Of a stretch of DNA of 64,000 nt, positions 13,086-26,193 are shown one piece after another. Source of the stretch: Spironucleus salmonicida (lineage: Eukaryota); the NCBI RefSeq assembly GCF_000497125.1, contig NC_090596.1, forward strand, positions 1,116,001 through 1,180,000, read 5' to 3'. Both the position numbers and the translations under genes were made by a program. Position 1 is the stretch's first letter. The number at the start of each line of letters is the position of its first letter. A model generated the notes under the pieces. That model searched no databases and was not told the DNA's origin. It saw only the letters and a list, made by a program, of their open reading frames with translations.

Positions 13086-14207
13086 ATGCTTTGCAAGTAG
13101 TAACCGTCCGACCTCGAACAAACACTTCTAGACGCTACACAGCAGATTCAAACCAATATTACACATTTCTAGACGATATCTAGTAGCCTTTTTGACATCC
13201 GCGTGGACATCATTTCGCAGCGCTACGAAAACGACGTCCTACGCTCGAAACACGCGGCGCGAGAGATACTGATTCAGACATTCCGGGATCGCGGTCTTTT
13301 CGACAAGCTGGACATCGCAAAATCAGCGTTGCGGCAGCAGTTACAGGCGAACCACCTCTATAAATCGCTCGCGCGGGAGCTAAGGGGCGCGACATCGAAG
13401 AAGTAGGTAGAGACAATACGTGCTGTTTTTGATGTTCACGCAGGTGCGGCGTTCGCGGTAAAGACAAAAATCTCCAAAAATACGCCAGAAATGGCGCTCG
13501 CGACGCTGCTTACGGCAGCCGATTTGGGCACCAAAATTGACCAAAACCGCCGTCTAGCGGAGATCTACAACCAGCATATTATTACATACCAGAACGAGCC
13601 CCAGGAGCGCCTGTTCGGGGCCGCAAAAAGCGCTCTCCGGGAAGCCGAAAACGCCGTACGGAACAGCGTGTTTTCGGATCCAAAAATCACCAGAAATTTA
13701 AGCAAGCACGTGGCCGTTTTGCGGGGTGAGCTGGTAGTTCTGAACGATGTATGGGCCGTCTTCCAGGCCGCGGAGGACGTTGACGGGGTCGAATTTGGGG
13801 TCCAGAGGGTGTACAACGACATTGTCGCCAACGACGTTTCAGAGCAGATTAAACGCGGCATGCAGCGGTTAAAAGGGCTCCAGACTGTAGGGAATATTGA
13901 CATTTTGACAGAAAATGACTCTCTCAAAAGTAAATTTTAGGTAATTTTGGACAGTTTGGATTTTGAAGGAGAAGGAACGGAAAATGAAAATATAATTGAA
14001 GTTCTAGATCATTATTACTAGGTGAGAAACGATGTAGTAAAGTTGACTGAGAACGTTGCTTTGCAAAAAAGGCGACTTGGTGTCGATAGCTAAAAGGATC
14101 TTATCTTTAAAAAACAAAGTATCAGAGTATAAAATTTGTAGAAATTGAGACATTAAGTCGAACAACTTTAAAAAATGAGTCTTAATGAGCTTAAGAACCA
14201 ACAGTGA
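13086..14207 (+). CDS. Hypothetical helical protein, 373 aa
   Basis: Joins track ORFs 13203..13406 and 13491..13940 in one frame via TAR=Gln; GC3-biased; stop in AGTGA. Confidence 0.8.
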
Positions 14208-14377
14208 GCGAATGACATTGAATTATAGGCTAGTTTTTCACAATTAAGTGAAAAATAATTCTTATTGTATATAACATATACTATTTTCCTTATTTAAAAT
14301 TTATATAATTTATTAATAATCAAATTATAATTGATTGTTACTTTAGGTAATTAGTTATATTATACGGTAATAAGCAT

Positions 14378-15151
14378 ATGGTATCTACAAATTCCATTCA
14401 CTTCAAAAATTTAATGTCAATCGAACTATAAAATCTTGAATAACAAAACGAGTTCCTAGTTAAAGAGAATCAGAAGCTGAAAGAGCTTCATTAGACATAT
14501 TAAATAGAGTTTGCAAACTATGAAGAGCAGATTATATAGTACGAGGCCCTTCTCACTGAAAGAGAAGTATTCAGTAGCTAGCCTTGTTAGAGCTCAGTTA
14601 CAGTATCAGACCCATAACTTGAGAGATAATTTTAGGAGATAAAACTTAAATATGAAACGTGTTAAAAAGAGTTGTTTACTGAATAAGAAAAAGGTAAGTT
14701 AGCATTAAAACAACAACAAAAATATAAATCATAGATTGAAAAGTTAATCGATACTATTAAAGACTTGGAAAAAGAAAATTACGGTGTTAATTAATCCAAA
14801 AGGACAACATCTCAGGAAATGGAATAGCTCAGCAGGTAGGTTAAATAGCTTGAGGGTGACAAGAAAACTCTATCAGACCTTCTTTCTCAATCTCATGCAA
14901 AGTGCAGCAAAATGGAGTTTGAAGTAAGGAGATCTAACTGGAAAGAGTAAGAAACTACCCAAGATGAATGGAAGCTTGAGAAAGAAACTAAGTTCTTAAA
15001 AGCTGAAGTTGACCGTTTAAAGAACGAAAATACTTTCTTAAAAACTAAGAAAACTTAAAAAATGAACGATTTTGTGGCAGACGCACCAGTTGCAGATTTT
15101 GCTACTTAAATGAGAGCCAGCAGTAACAATATTAGAAGACTAATGCAGTGA
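14378..15151 (+). CDS. Coiled-coil protein, 257 aa (alternative ATG at 14414)
   Basis: E/Q/K-rich heptads; stop in AGTGA. Confidence 0.75.
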
Positions 15152-15160
15152 ACTTTTTAA

Positions 15161-15364
15161 TCACTTGGAACTTATTTCACCGTTTCGCATTCTCAAGTGT
15201 GCGGAACGCACAGGTGATAATGGTTTCAGATTTGGCAAAGACGGGATTGGATATATATCACTGATTGTGGGATCTTTAAAAACTGTGAGTGTAGCTTTAT
15301 GCTGTTTTTCAAGTGGGCGATAAAACTTCTACAGGTACTTTCTCGTATAATCCAATGTGCTCAT
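15161..15364 (-). CDS. Small hypothetical protein, 67 aa (alternative ATG at 15403)
   Basis: MSTLDYTRKYLQKFYRPLEKQHK...NGEISSK*; stop in AGTGA. Confidence 0.5.
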
Positions 15365-15523
15365 TTTTGCTAAAGAAAGAAAACTAACAAGTTCTAAAAG
15401 CATCTAATATCAATTAAGTCAGTTTTAGTTTTTTATTTATTACTACAATTGTTATTATATAGTAATTAATATATATCATCTATCACACTTAGTCAATAGT
15501 AATATAATATTAACATCTTAAAA

Positions 15524-16075
15524 ATGCCAATTTCTCCAATTTCACTTACCCCTGTGGTTTCTCCTTCAATATCACCATAACTATATGAAGATGACGTTAA
15601 ACTCTTTAAAATTCCTTTACACCACCCAAAAATCCGTTAAAGCGCATGTATTGGTCCTGGTTCATACGACTCCATATAATACAAAAATACTCAGATTTCG
15701 ATTACAATAAACAAAAATGAAGCACGCCAGATTAAAGTTAGCAATAACCCAGCGCCAAACCAGTATAATATTAGTAGCAGAGTACGTTAAAGGCGTTCTA
15801 CAATTTTCACATCTGATCGATTTCAGGCCATACAAAGTTAAAAATCTCCAGCCCCAAATTAGTATAGAATAGCAAATCCAGAATTCAATAAAATAAACTT
15901 AAAACTGAATACTGTTGAGAGGTTTAAGGTTAAAAAAATTGATAAAGATAGATGTGGACCTGGAAGCCACGAAATTACTCATGAATTGTTTGCAAAACAT
16001 ATTTGGTAACGATCTGAGGTTGGACTCCCAAACTAACCAAGGTTTCCAGACTTGGAGACAAATGAAATATTATGA
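15524..16075 (+). CDS. SHIPPO/ODF3-repeat (PG-rich) protein, 183 aa
   Basis: Repeats GPGSY, PAPNQY (twice) and GPGSH at roughly 30-aa spacing. Confidence 0.75.
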
Positions 16076-16107
16076 TTTATTTTTATATAATATGATACTA
16101 TATAAAA

Positions 16108-16941
16108 ATGCAGAAATCTGTAATAGAACAAATCAAGGCTAATACCTTTGAAATAGATGACTTAAAACAGTCACTAATGCCATAAATGATAGAAAATTCA
16201 ACCATCTAGCTTTAAAAAACATAAATTTCACAACTTCAGATCGAGCTTTTGCAGTAGCAAAATCTTATTTCTAAACTATCCGAGTAGTTGAGAAAGGAGC
16301 GAAATAATATTGTGGTTTTACAAACTCCAAATCCGACAATTTCTTATTAAGATAATCAAACGCAAACTACAGAACATGAACAATATTCTCTATCCCAAAA
16401 TACCAATAATTTAACCGAAATAATGACTCTCGCTAAATTATGTTAAATAAATATTCCAGCTCTTTTAGATCCAAAAATATGCGAAACTATTGTTAAAAAG
16501 TTGAAAAATTTGGAGCTAATAACCAAGATGCTCGAAGATTTGGAAATCCCAAAATCCAATTTTCTCTAATGCATGAGCACCTATGATGAGAAACTTAAGC
16601 AAGTTTCGCAAAAACTTAATAAACTTACCTCTAAAGTTACAAAAATAAACCAGATACGCGTTGCACAGAACCTTAATTTTTTGCAGAATTTGCAGGAGTA
16701 GGAAGTAGAAAAAGAGATATTTCAGAAGATCATTTAGCGTGGAAATATAGACCGTTAAAAGTTAGACCATAAAGTAGAATTACTCACTGCATTAGTACGC
16801 AAGCTAGAGGCTGAGCATAGAATGGCACAGGTGAGCGTTGGTGAAAAATTATTTGATAAAGAGAAGGACGAGTTAATTTTTCGTGTTTTAGGTCAGGTTT
16901 AAGGTGGAAATAATGTGCTAGGGACACATGGGTGTCAGTGA
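16108..16941 (+). CDS. Coiled-coil hypothetical protein, 277 aa
   Basis: Open with TAR=Gln; stop in AGTGA. Confidence 0.7.
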
Positions 16942-18897
16942 ATGTTCGAAACAGGGTTATAATAGAATACTACTAATTCATAGTCTTCTTAAAATTAATA
17001 CACTAGTATACTAAATAATGTATTTGAACTTTGCTAGTTATCCAATTAAAGAAAATTGTATTAATGCTTTAGAATTACTTATCTCAGACTCAATTAAATT
17101 ATTAGTTCTGGTAGTTCACTTAACATCGCTATTTAGAATGTTGAAATATTTTTAAATGATTAATTAACATTAAGATAATTGAAAAACTCTATATTGTTGT
17201 TTAAAACAGTTAATAATTTAATACATTTCGAACTTGCGAGTAGTACTAAGGCAGAAAAAATAAATTTTAGCAGTCAAATATAGACTTCAATATTAAAATG
17301 ATATTATAAGGGAAATATATACTATTATTTAGAAATATCACATAATAAACTACAACTAAATAACTTAAACGCCACTATAATGATGTTATATACTAATAAT
17401 TGAAGCTTTCCTTACAGCTATAAATAAATCTATTAATTTTGAACAATTTTTGGCTCATCTGATAGAAAGCTGATTACTTTTATATTATCCGATTAGTGCT
17501 CCCTACAGAACTGGCTGTATGGACTACCACGATTCAATCTGAAATAATTATTCAAATAGAAATAATATTTCAAAAATATATAGCTTTAGTGATTGATGTA
17601 CTATTCCTAATAACCAAATTGGAGTTTTCACTCCTGTACTATCACTATACAGTATCTTGCATCATACCCACCCTTTTGTATGGATATCCCCAGGATTTAC
17701 AACTGTTACTTAGCACAATAATAGAATATTTTCGTATATTTTAGCAGTTAAAAAGACATTTGCAGTTATTCTGAGTCACTAAAATGCATCAGTGACATCA
17801 CTGACCAGCGTGTGCACCGATTTCAAATATGCATAATATACAATCTCCTGCCTTCTCAGCAGACTCTTTATAAACGAATAACTCAGGAATATTCACATAT
17901 TTTAATCATAGGTGCCATCAAGTGAATCCCTGAGCAGCTTATTTTATAGGCCAGATCATTGTGCAAGCAAGAATCATTCAAAGATCTAAGGTTGGATGGA
18001 TAGTAGCAAAACTTATCTGGTATGTTAGTTTACATTAAAGTTTTTGGAGAAACTTCTAATTTCAGTATTATATTTTGGTTTTCAGGTCATATTAATGACA
18101 TTTTTGATTTTAGAAATTACTCTTAGATCAGTATTTTTACTTACTTTGGTGTAAATCTGTCTAATTTTATTTGTCAAAATTATTATTAAAGAATCTATAA
18201 ACTATATTTTAGTATCTCTATGGTTTTACAAAGTTTTAACATTGAAAAGTAAAAATTTACACAAAACACTAGCTTTTATACTTTTCTGATTACCAAATTC
18301 TTAAATTAAAATTATGATGCATCAATATTATTATGAATCGTTTAAAAAATTATGTAGTATATTGTAAAGATCATTTTGTAGCCGTTTAATTTAGTGAAGT
18401 CTAGATGTCCATTAAAAGTTATGGAATAGACTTATCACCGATTTATAACCTAACAGATGTTATAAATTTCATATATATGTATAATATGTATATTAATTAA
18501 TTTTTATTAACTCCACATGATCTCTTAAAGTTTTTCGATTTTAATTTATTGTTATTAATTAAATTAAATAATTATTCTTGGTAGTATATATAATTTCAAG
18601 AATATTTATAGACATGTCATCAAAAACATTTTAATAGAAGCGTCAAGCCAGCTAACGTAAACTATTATATAAACTGTTTAATACTTGGGAGGATAAGTCT
18701 TTACAGTCTAGGACCTTAACTTGCTAACCTGCAATAAATGAATTGTAGTTAGTATAAGTTGATATTATTTAATTTACTCAGAAATTATCGAAAAATAAGG
18801 TAACATAATATCTGTAGATTAATTACAAATATTTTAATACTTACTAAAAATTGTATAAATAAAGGCACATTAAATATGAACTTAAAAATAACTCACT

Positions 18898-19158
18898 TCA
18901 TATATTAATGCGTATTTTTTTGGTATCTATTAACTATTCATCATCAAAATCACAAAGTTGCTCTGCTATCAACTCATTTAACTTTTATTACGTTAAAACG
19001 ACGTAAGATGCCTATTTTCGAATTCCTCGAGTTGATTATGCTAGTATGCTGGCAGTAGATTCTTTTCCCACCTATACTAGACTAATTTACGATTATCCAT
19101 AGCATGAATCCGATGATATTAAAGTTGGTACTTCTGGTGCCACATTTCCTGCTCCCAT
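18898..19158 (-). CDS. Small hypothetical protein with an MG start (possible myristoylation), 86 aa
   Basis: MGAGNVAPEVPTLISSDSCYG...DFDDEQLIDTKKIRINI*. Confidence 0.5.
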
Positions 19159-19701
19159 TTATAAATTTTGACTAATAATTAATATCAAAATAATATCACT
19201 ATTCCTTCAGTCATGACAAAATTTAAATGTTATTATATGATTCTTACTATTACTAATATATATTAATGTAATCTGAAAAAACTAGATAAATTATTTCTTA
19301 TATATTTGTGGTAATCATGGAAAATAAAACTTTAAGATGAAAATTATAATAAATCAACATTTATTTAAAGGTGTTACCTCGGTATAATAATATTGAGATT
19401 ATCAATTATAGGTAAATTTAAAGTGGATTCGTATAACTTAAAGTATACATATTGCTTCCAGCGCTGCAATACGCCACATAGCGATATACTACCAAACCGC
19501 CATAACCCCTTCCAAAAAGCTTGTTATCGCCCCGTTTCCCCCTAAATTGTAAAATCAACCATTTGGGATTTTGCGGATCCGACCGCGCCTGCCGCCGACC
19601 TTCGCGGGCGCGTCCCATCCTCATCAAAACTGCCAATTCACCCCCTCCCATCCTCCGTACAACACATCCACCCCTTAATTTCTTAATTTCTTACTTTCGT
19701 T

Positions 19702-21078
<1,377 letters not shown>

Positions 21079-21119
21079 CTCCCCTTCCCTATTCGCCCTC
21101 CCCATTCCTTCAAATTCTC

Positions 21120-23354
21120 TCACTTCTTATACCCCTTCCTGAGCTCCTCCCTGTACTCGTCGAAGCCGCCGTCGAACTCGCGCAGCGTCCCCTGCTCGAC
21201 AATGCGTATTTCGTCCGTTACGGCGTTCACGAACGGCCCGTCGTGCGAAACGATGATTACCGCGCCGTTGTACGCCTGCAGCGCCTCCGTGAGCGCCTGC
21301 TTCGTCTCCACGTCCACGTGATTCGTCGGCTCGTCCAGCACGAGAATCCGCGCCCGCGAGCGGAACGTCAGCAGCGCGAGGCTGACGCGCGTTTTCTGGC
21401 CCCCGCTGAGCGTCCTGCAAATCTGGTCCACGAGCGTCACGCCGACCCCGAAATCGCCCAAATGGGCCCGAATTTCGCCCTCGAGCGCCTGCTAATTGAT
21501 TTTGCGCAAATGATCGAACGGCGTGGCGTCCAAATCGAGCTGGTCCGCGTGGTGCTGCCAGAAGATCGCGAAGCTGGCCTGGTTGCTGAAATTGACCTCC
21601 CCGGACGTCGGGCGCACGTGGCCCGTAATGAGCTTCAGGAGCGTCGATTTCCCGGCCGCGTTCGCGCCGCAGAGAGCGATTCGCGAGTCGCTGAAAACGC
21701 GCAAATTGACGTTCTTGATCTTGAAGCCGCCGAGCTTCTCCTGCGAGTACGCGAATTCGACGTTTTTGAGCTCCAAAATCGGCTCCGTCGTCGAGTGGCT
21801 GAACTCTTCGGGATACGGCTGCGGGAAATTGAAGCATTCGACTTTCTCGGTCGAAAGCTCGACGACCGCGAGCTTATTGAGCGCCTTCAGACGCGACTGA
21901 ACGAGCGACGCGCGTTTCGCGTTGAAGCGGAAACGGTCGATAAACGACTGGATGTGCGCGCGGCGGTCGTCCTCGCGCGATTTGACTTTCTCTAGGTTTA
22001 TCAGCTCGTTTGAGCGATTTTTGGCGAAAGTTGAGTAGTTTCCTGAGTAGTGTTTTAGCTGTTTGTCGGTTAGCAGGACCACATCCGTTGCGTAGGAGTC
22101 TATGAATGATATGTCGTGCGAAACGACGATTAGGAGGCCTTTTTGGTTAAAATTTTTGAGCCATTCTTCGAGCCAAATCGTCGCTAATAAATCGAGATTG
22201 TTGGTGGGTTCGTCGAGCATCAGGATGTCAGGTTCCGTGAAAAGGGCGCGGGCGAGTGCTACGCGCATTTTCCAGCCTCCTGAGAGCTCTTTTGTTGCTT
22301 TTCCTTGCATTCCTTGCGAGAACATTAGGCCTGTTAAGATTTTGGCCGCGCTGGCACGTTTTGTGTTGTAGTTCGTCTCGTTTTGCTGCTCAAAAAGGGC
22401 GTTGATAGCGTCAGAGACGTGCTCATCTGTGAGGGGAACTATGTCTTTCTATATTAGGGATTGGACCATTTTGACGTTCTCAGAATTGTTGTTAAGCAGG
22501 TCTAAGTCATCGATGAAAAGTTCTAAAAGCTTTTGCTGCTTGCTTTGTAAAACGTATAGATCGTCGGCGGCTAAAACAACATCAATAACACAGTCATCTG
22601 TGCTTGGGACTTCCTGGCTGACATAGAGAACTTTTAATTTTTCTCTATTGGCGATACAGTGAATTTCATTGCTGAAAATACTTCTGAGTAGGCTGGATTT
22701 TCCAGCACCATTTCTAGCTACCAAGCAATATCTATGGCCATAGTGGAACTAAAATGACACATTTTCAAGCAAAATGTTTGCTCCAAACGCGAGTGTTACA
22801 TTTTAAAGTTCAACGGCAGCAGAAATCACACCAGCACCAGATGATGCTGTTGCATTAGCATTAGGTGTTGCGCTTTTGAGCATTTAAATATCTTCGGTAA
22901 AGGCTGAGTTTTTACCATTTTTGATTCTTTTAGCTGTTGAAATTTATTGCTTTTCAGCTATTTTTTAAAGTGAGTACTCTAGTTTCTACTTTTAAAGATC
23001 ACGTGGGGCTTATTTTTCGAGATATTTTTAATTAATGTCAGCTTCCTTTTAAAGAATGGCAGCCGCAGAAAAAGTTCCTGAGATTTGAGCTTAGTTGGTT
23101 TGAGGCTAAAGGGCTGCACAGTAGTCATATATTTCCTGTAAAATATCAGAGGCTGCATCTTCCGAAGCTGTTACATCAAGTGAAGTCAAAATTGGAGCGG
23201 CCGACTGAATAAGTTCAGAAAGCGCGGTCGGAGAGGAGTAATCCAGAGAAATAAATGCAGTCTAAATATACTGCAAAATGAAATCATCAATAAGCAACTG
23301 CTAGGTTTGGGGATGCGTAAAGGACTTAATAATAGTAGGGGTAAGGTTGTCCAT
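21120..23354 (-). CDS. ABCF3: ABC-F family ATPase (ABCF3/GCN20-like), 744 aa
   Basis: Two ABC domains with no TM segments (ARNGAGKS, LSGGWKMRVALARALF, LDEPTNNLD; GANAAGKS, LSGGQKTRV, LDEPTNHVD); N-terminal IDDFILQYI resembles the ABCF3/Gcn20 N-domain; joins three track ORFs via TAR=Gln. Confidence 0.92.
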
Positions 23355-23700
23355 TTTTAAAAGGCTGAAGGAAAGGAAAGAAAATAGAAGGTGAAAAATT
23401 ATATTATTATATAATAAATTTAATGTATTCTTAATCGAATTTCATGGAAAATAGAAATGCAAGCATGACACATATTTAGAATAAATAAACGTTTGATCAG
23501 TCTCGCACGCTGTGGTCTGGTGTAATTACTTGTTTCTTATAATAAGTAATCGGCGAAATATAGTCAATAAACCAGTCATAATGAACCGGTTTAATTACAT
23601 GAATATTGGCACATACTAGAATAAATAGCATGTTCACGGAGGCAATTATGCTCAAAATATCAGCTAAAATCATGGTTCGCATATATCGTAAATATTTCAC

Positions 23701-24810
23701 TCAAATTACTACATCGAGTACGTTTTCAGATTAATACTACTAAACCTATTCAGGGGACGGCTTGAAATTTTAGAAAGCATTTTCGTTCCCAGGCGTATCA
23801 AATTCATCGCCAATTAGCGGAAGCTCATTCTACTTCATAACTATCGTCGGCTGGGAGTCATCGGGTGGTAAAATTCTGTCCATTTCCGGTATTTCTGGCT
23901 TGTTGTCTTCGATAGTTTAATCTGGCATGTTGTAATCCATCCTCTGCAGATTTGCGCATTTCCGGACTATCAGGCCAGTGTTAGGTATTTTAGACCTAGT
24001 ATACAGCGCTAGTGCAACGTCTTAAGCGAATAAAATCCCTATAATAATCACAGCTTTTTTAAGATACCAAGGGACGTAGCCTGATGTGATGAAATTATGC
24101 TCTGTTAGGTTTGGAACAACTTTTTTGGTTGTAATAGTGATCATCTAATCTCTGCCTCTGTTTTGCTCGTATGCTGTTTGTTCGTAGTATGCTAAAATCT
24201 AGCCTGAGCTCTGGTACATGAAAATATCTGTTTTGAGGTCGAGGGATACTATTGAAAATTCAGAGTAGGCTTATGGCAATACAAGGGATGCTGTTTAGTC
24301 AAACCATCCGGTAATGTGCACTTTTCTAGTTTCCACAAATGTGGTGACATCACGCTCATGTCTTACTTGTCTGGAATGTGTATTCCCATTAGAATCGCGG
24401 TGTGTTTCATATGTATAATATACTTCAATATGCCAACATCTTACGAATATGTTAATTGATGGTGCTGTATTTCGAAGTGATTGTAAAAAATTCTGCATAT
24501 TTTTTTCGGTCTTGATATTTTTTATTTTTTTCAATTCTCTATGAATACACGTGATGACGATTAGTCGGATGACGAACCAAACGGCAGCTACAATCAATAT
24601 TATTGTTCCTGATGTATCAAATAGCAATGTACCTGAGCAAATTAATGCGGCTAAAATAATTTATGCAATAATACCAAAAACTGGAAACTTTTCTCTTTTA
24701 ACTTTTTTATTTCGGCTTATACAACTAAAAAATATAAGAGTTATTAACATTGGGATAACTAAATAACATGTAACTAACGATCCAGCAATTATATACGTTA
24801 ATTCTATCAT
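23701..24810 (-). CDS. TMEM151-like transmembrane protein, 369 aa
   Basis: N-terminal TM helices, then LRNTAPSINIFVRCWHIEVYY...RDSNGNTHSRQVRHERDVTTF...WFD and NRGRD, recalled as TMEM151-family motifs. Confidence 0.65.
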
Positions 24811-25309
24811 TTATAAAAATAATTAATTTCTATTATTATATACCAAATAATAGAATCTTATTTTAATTTTTTTATAGTATAACTTATTATTATGAGTAAT
24901 TTCAAATTAATTTCCAATTAATATTTTACCTTTAATAATATATATTTAACTCATTTATCGGAAAAATGTATATAATCGAAAAAAATTATAAATCTGATTA
25001 TTACTAGCAATATAATTACAAAAAATGGTACTATGGTGTATAACTATTTTAAAAAACTAGTAGTTTTTCTAAGTACTTATTAGTTCAGCCATATTAATCA
25101 AGGTATTGAAAATAAATAAATATATTAAAGGTAGATATTGTAGGATACCTAATAGTTATACATATATAAATAATGAATTATAATTTACAACAAAGTATCA
25201 ATATAATTAAATTTAATTATAGAATAGAAAAAAAAATTAAAAATATAAAATCAGCATTTAACCAATTATTCTATATATAATACGTTTATTTTTTGTGGTC
25301 ACTCTAATA

Positions 25310-25732
25310 ATGACTATGCACGCAAAATGGACTTTGGCCGAATAACAACTTCTTCGTGAAGCTATTAAGGATTAGTGCCATACTATGGAGATAGATTGGA
25401 CATAAATATCTCTTAAAATACCTGGGAAAACTCCTAGACAATGTTCAATTCGTTATCACAACATAGAAAAGTTTTCCATTTAAAGCGGATTCTTTTCTTC
25501 TTCTTAAAAAACGAAATGGACTACTTTTATGGACTAGAAAGTAATTAATGTCGCTGAAAATAGCGGTAGAAATTGGAAACTAGTATCTTAAGAGTTAGGT
25601 CTTGGGGTGTCTATAGTAAAAAACCGTTTTTACGTTTTATAAAGAAAACAAGAGCAAAAGATCCCCTAAATTGGGGTTCAGCCTGTTTGCTTAACCTATA
25701 GTCCCTTTGTTTTCGATCTGCTCGATATCTGA
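25310..25732 (+). CDS. Myb-like DNA-binding protein (two repeats), 140 aa
   Basis: KWTLAEQQLLREAI...IDWTQISLKIPGKTPRQCSIRY and KWTTFMDQKVINVAENSGRNWKLVSQEL...VKNRFY. Confidence 0.9.
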
Positions 25733-26193
25733 GTAGATTTAGTAATTGATTCTATTTATTATATTAATTAAATTATTTATATATTAAAGTTTATAATTAA
25801 ATTTTCTACTTGCTCTTTTTTTATTATTAATATAATAAAAGATACATAATCTCAGCTTTAAATGTATATTTTATATGACTTAGTATTTCTCCTTACCTGA
25901 ATGTATTAATCATCACTTGCCATCTAATCCTATTGCTAAGCACAATTACCCAGTTCAACTTTGATTAACACAAAATCATAGCACGTATGAATACTAAAAA
26001 TTTACTGATATTTATTGTTATTATTTGCGATTTTTTCAGTACCAATTTCTATTACACGATTCCATCATATATGACAGGAATTCTCAATCATATAATTCTT
26101 CTAAAATTAGTTTAACCCGAGATTTCAAAATTTCAAAATTTCAAAAACACATAAAACACTAATTATTATATTTATATTTTTACTATTATTTAA

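Noticed and set aside
18614-19171. Plus-strand code-6 ORF
   Set aside because: Very AT-rich with no motif, and its 3' half is the antisense of the better-supported minus-strand gene 18898..19158
26121-26147. (TTTCAAAA)x3 short repeat upstream of the 1329-aa gene
   Set aside because: Short, low-complexity and seen once; no evidence of function
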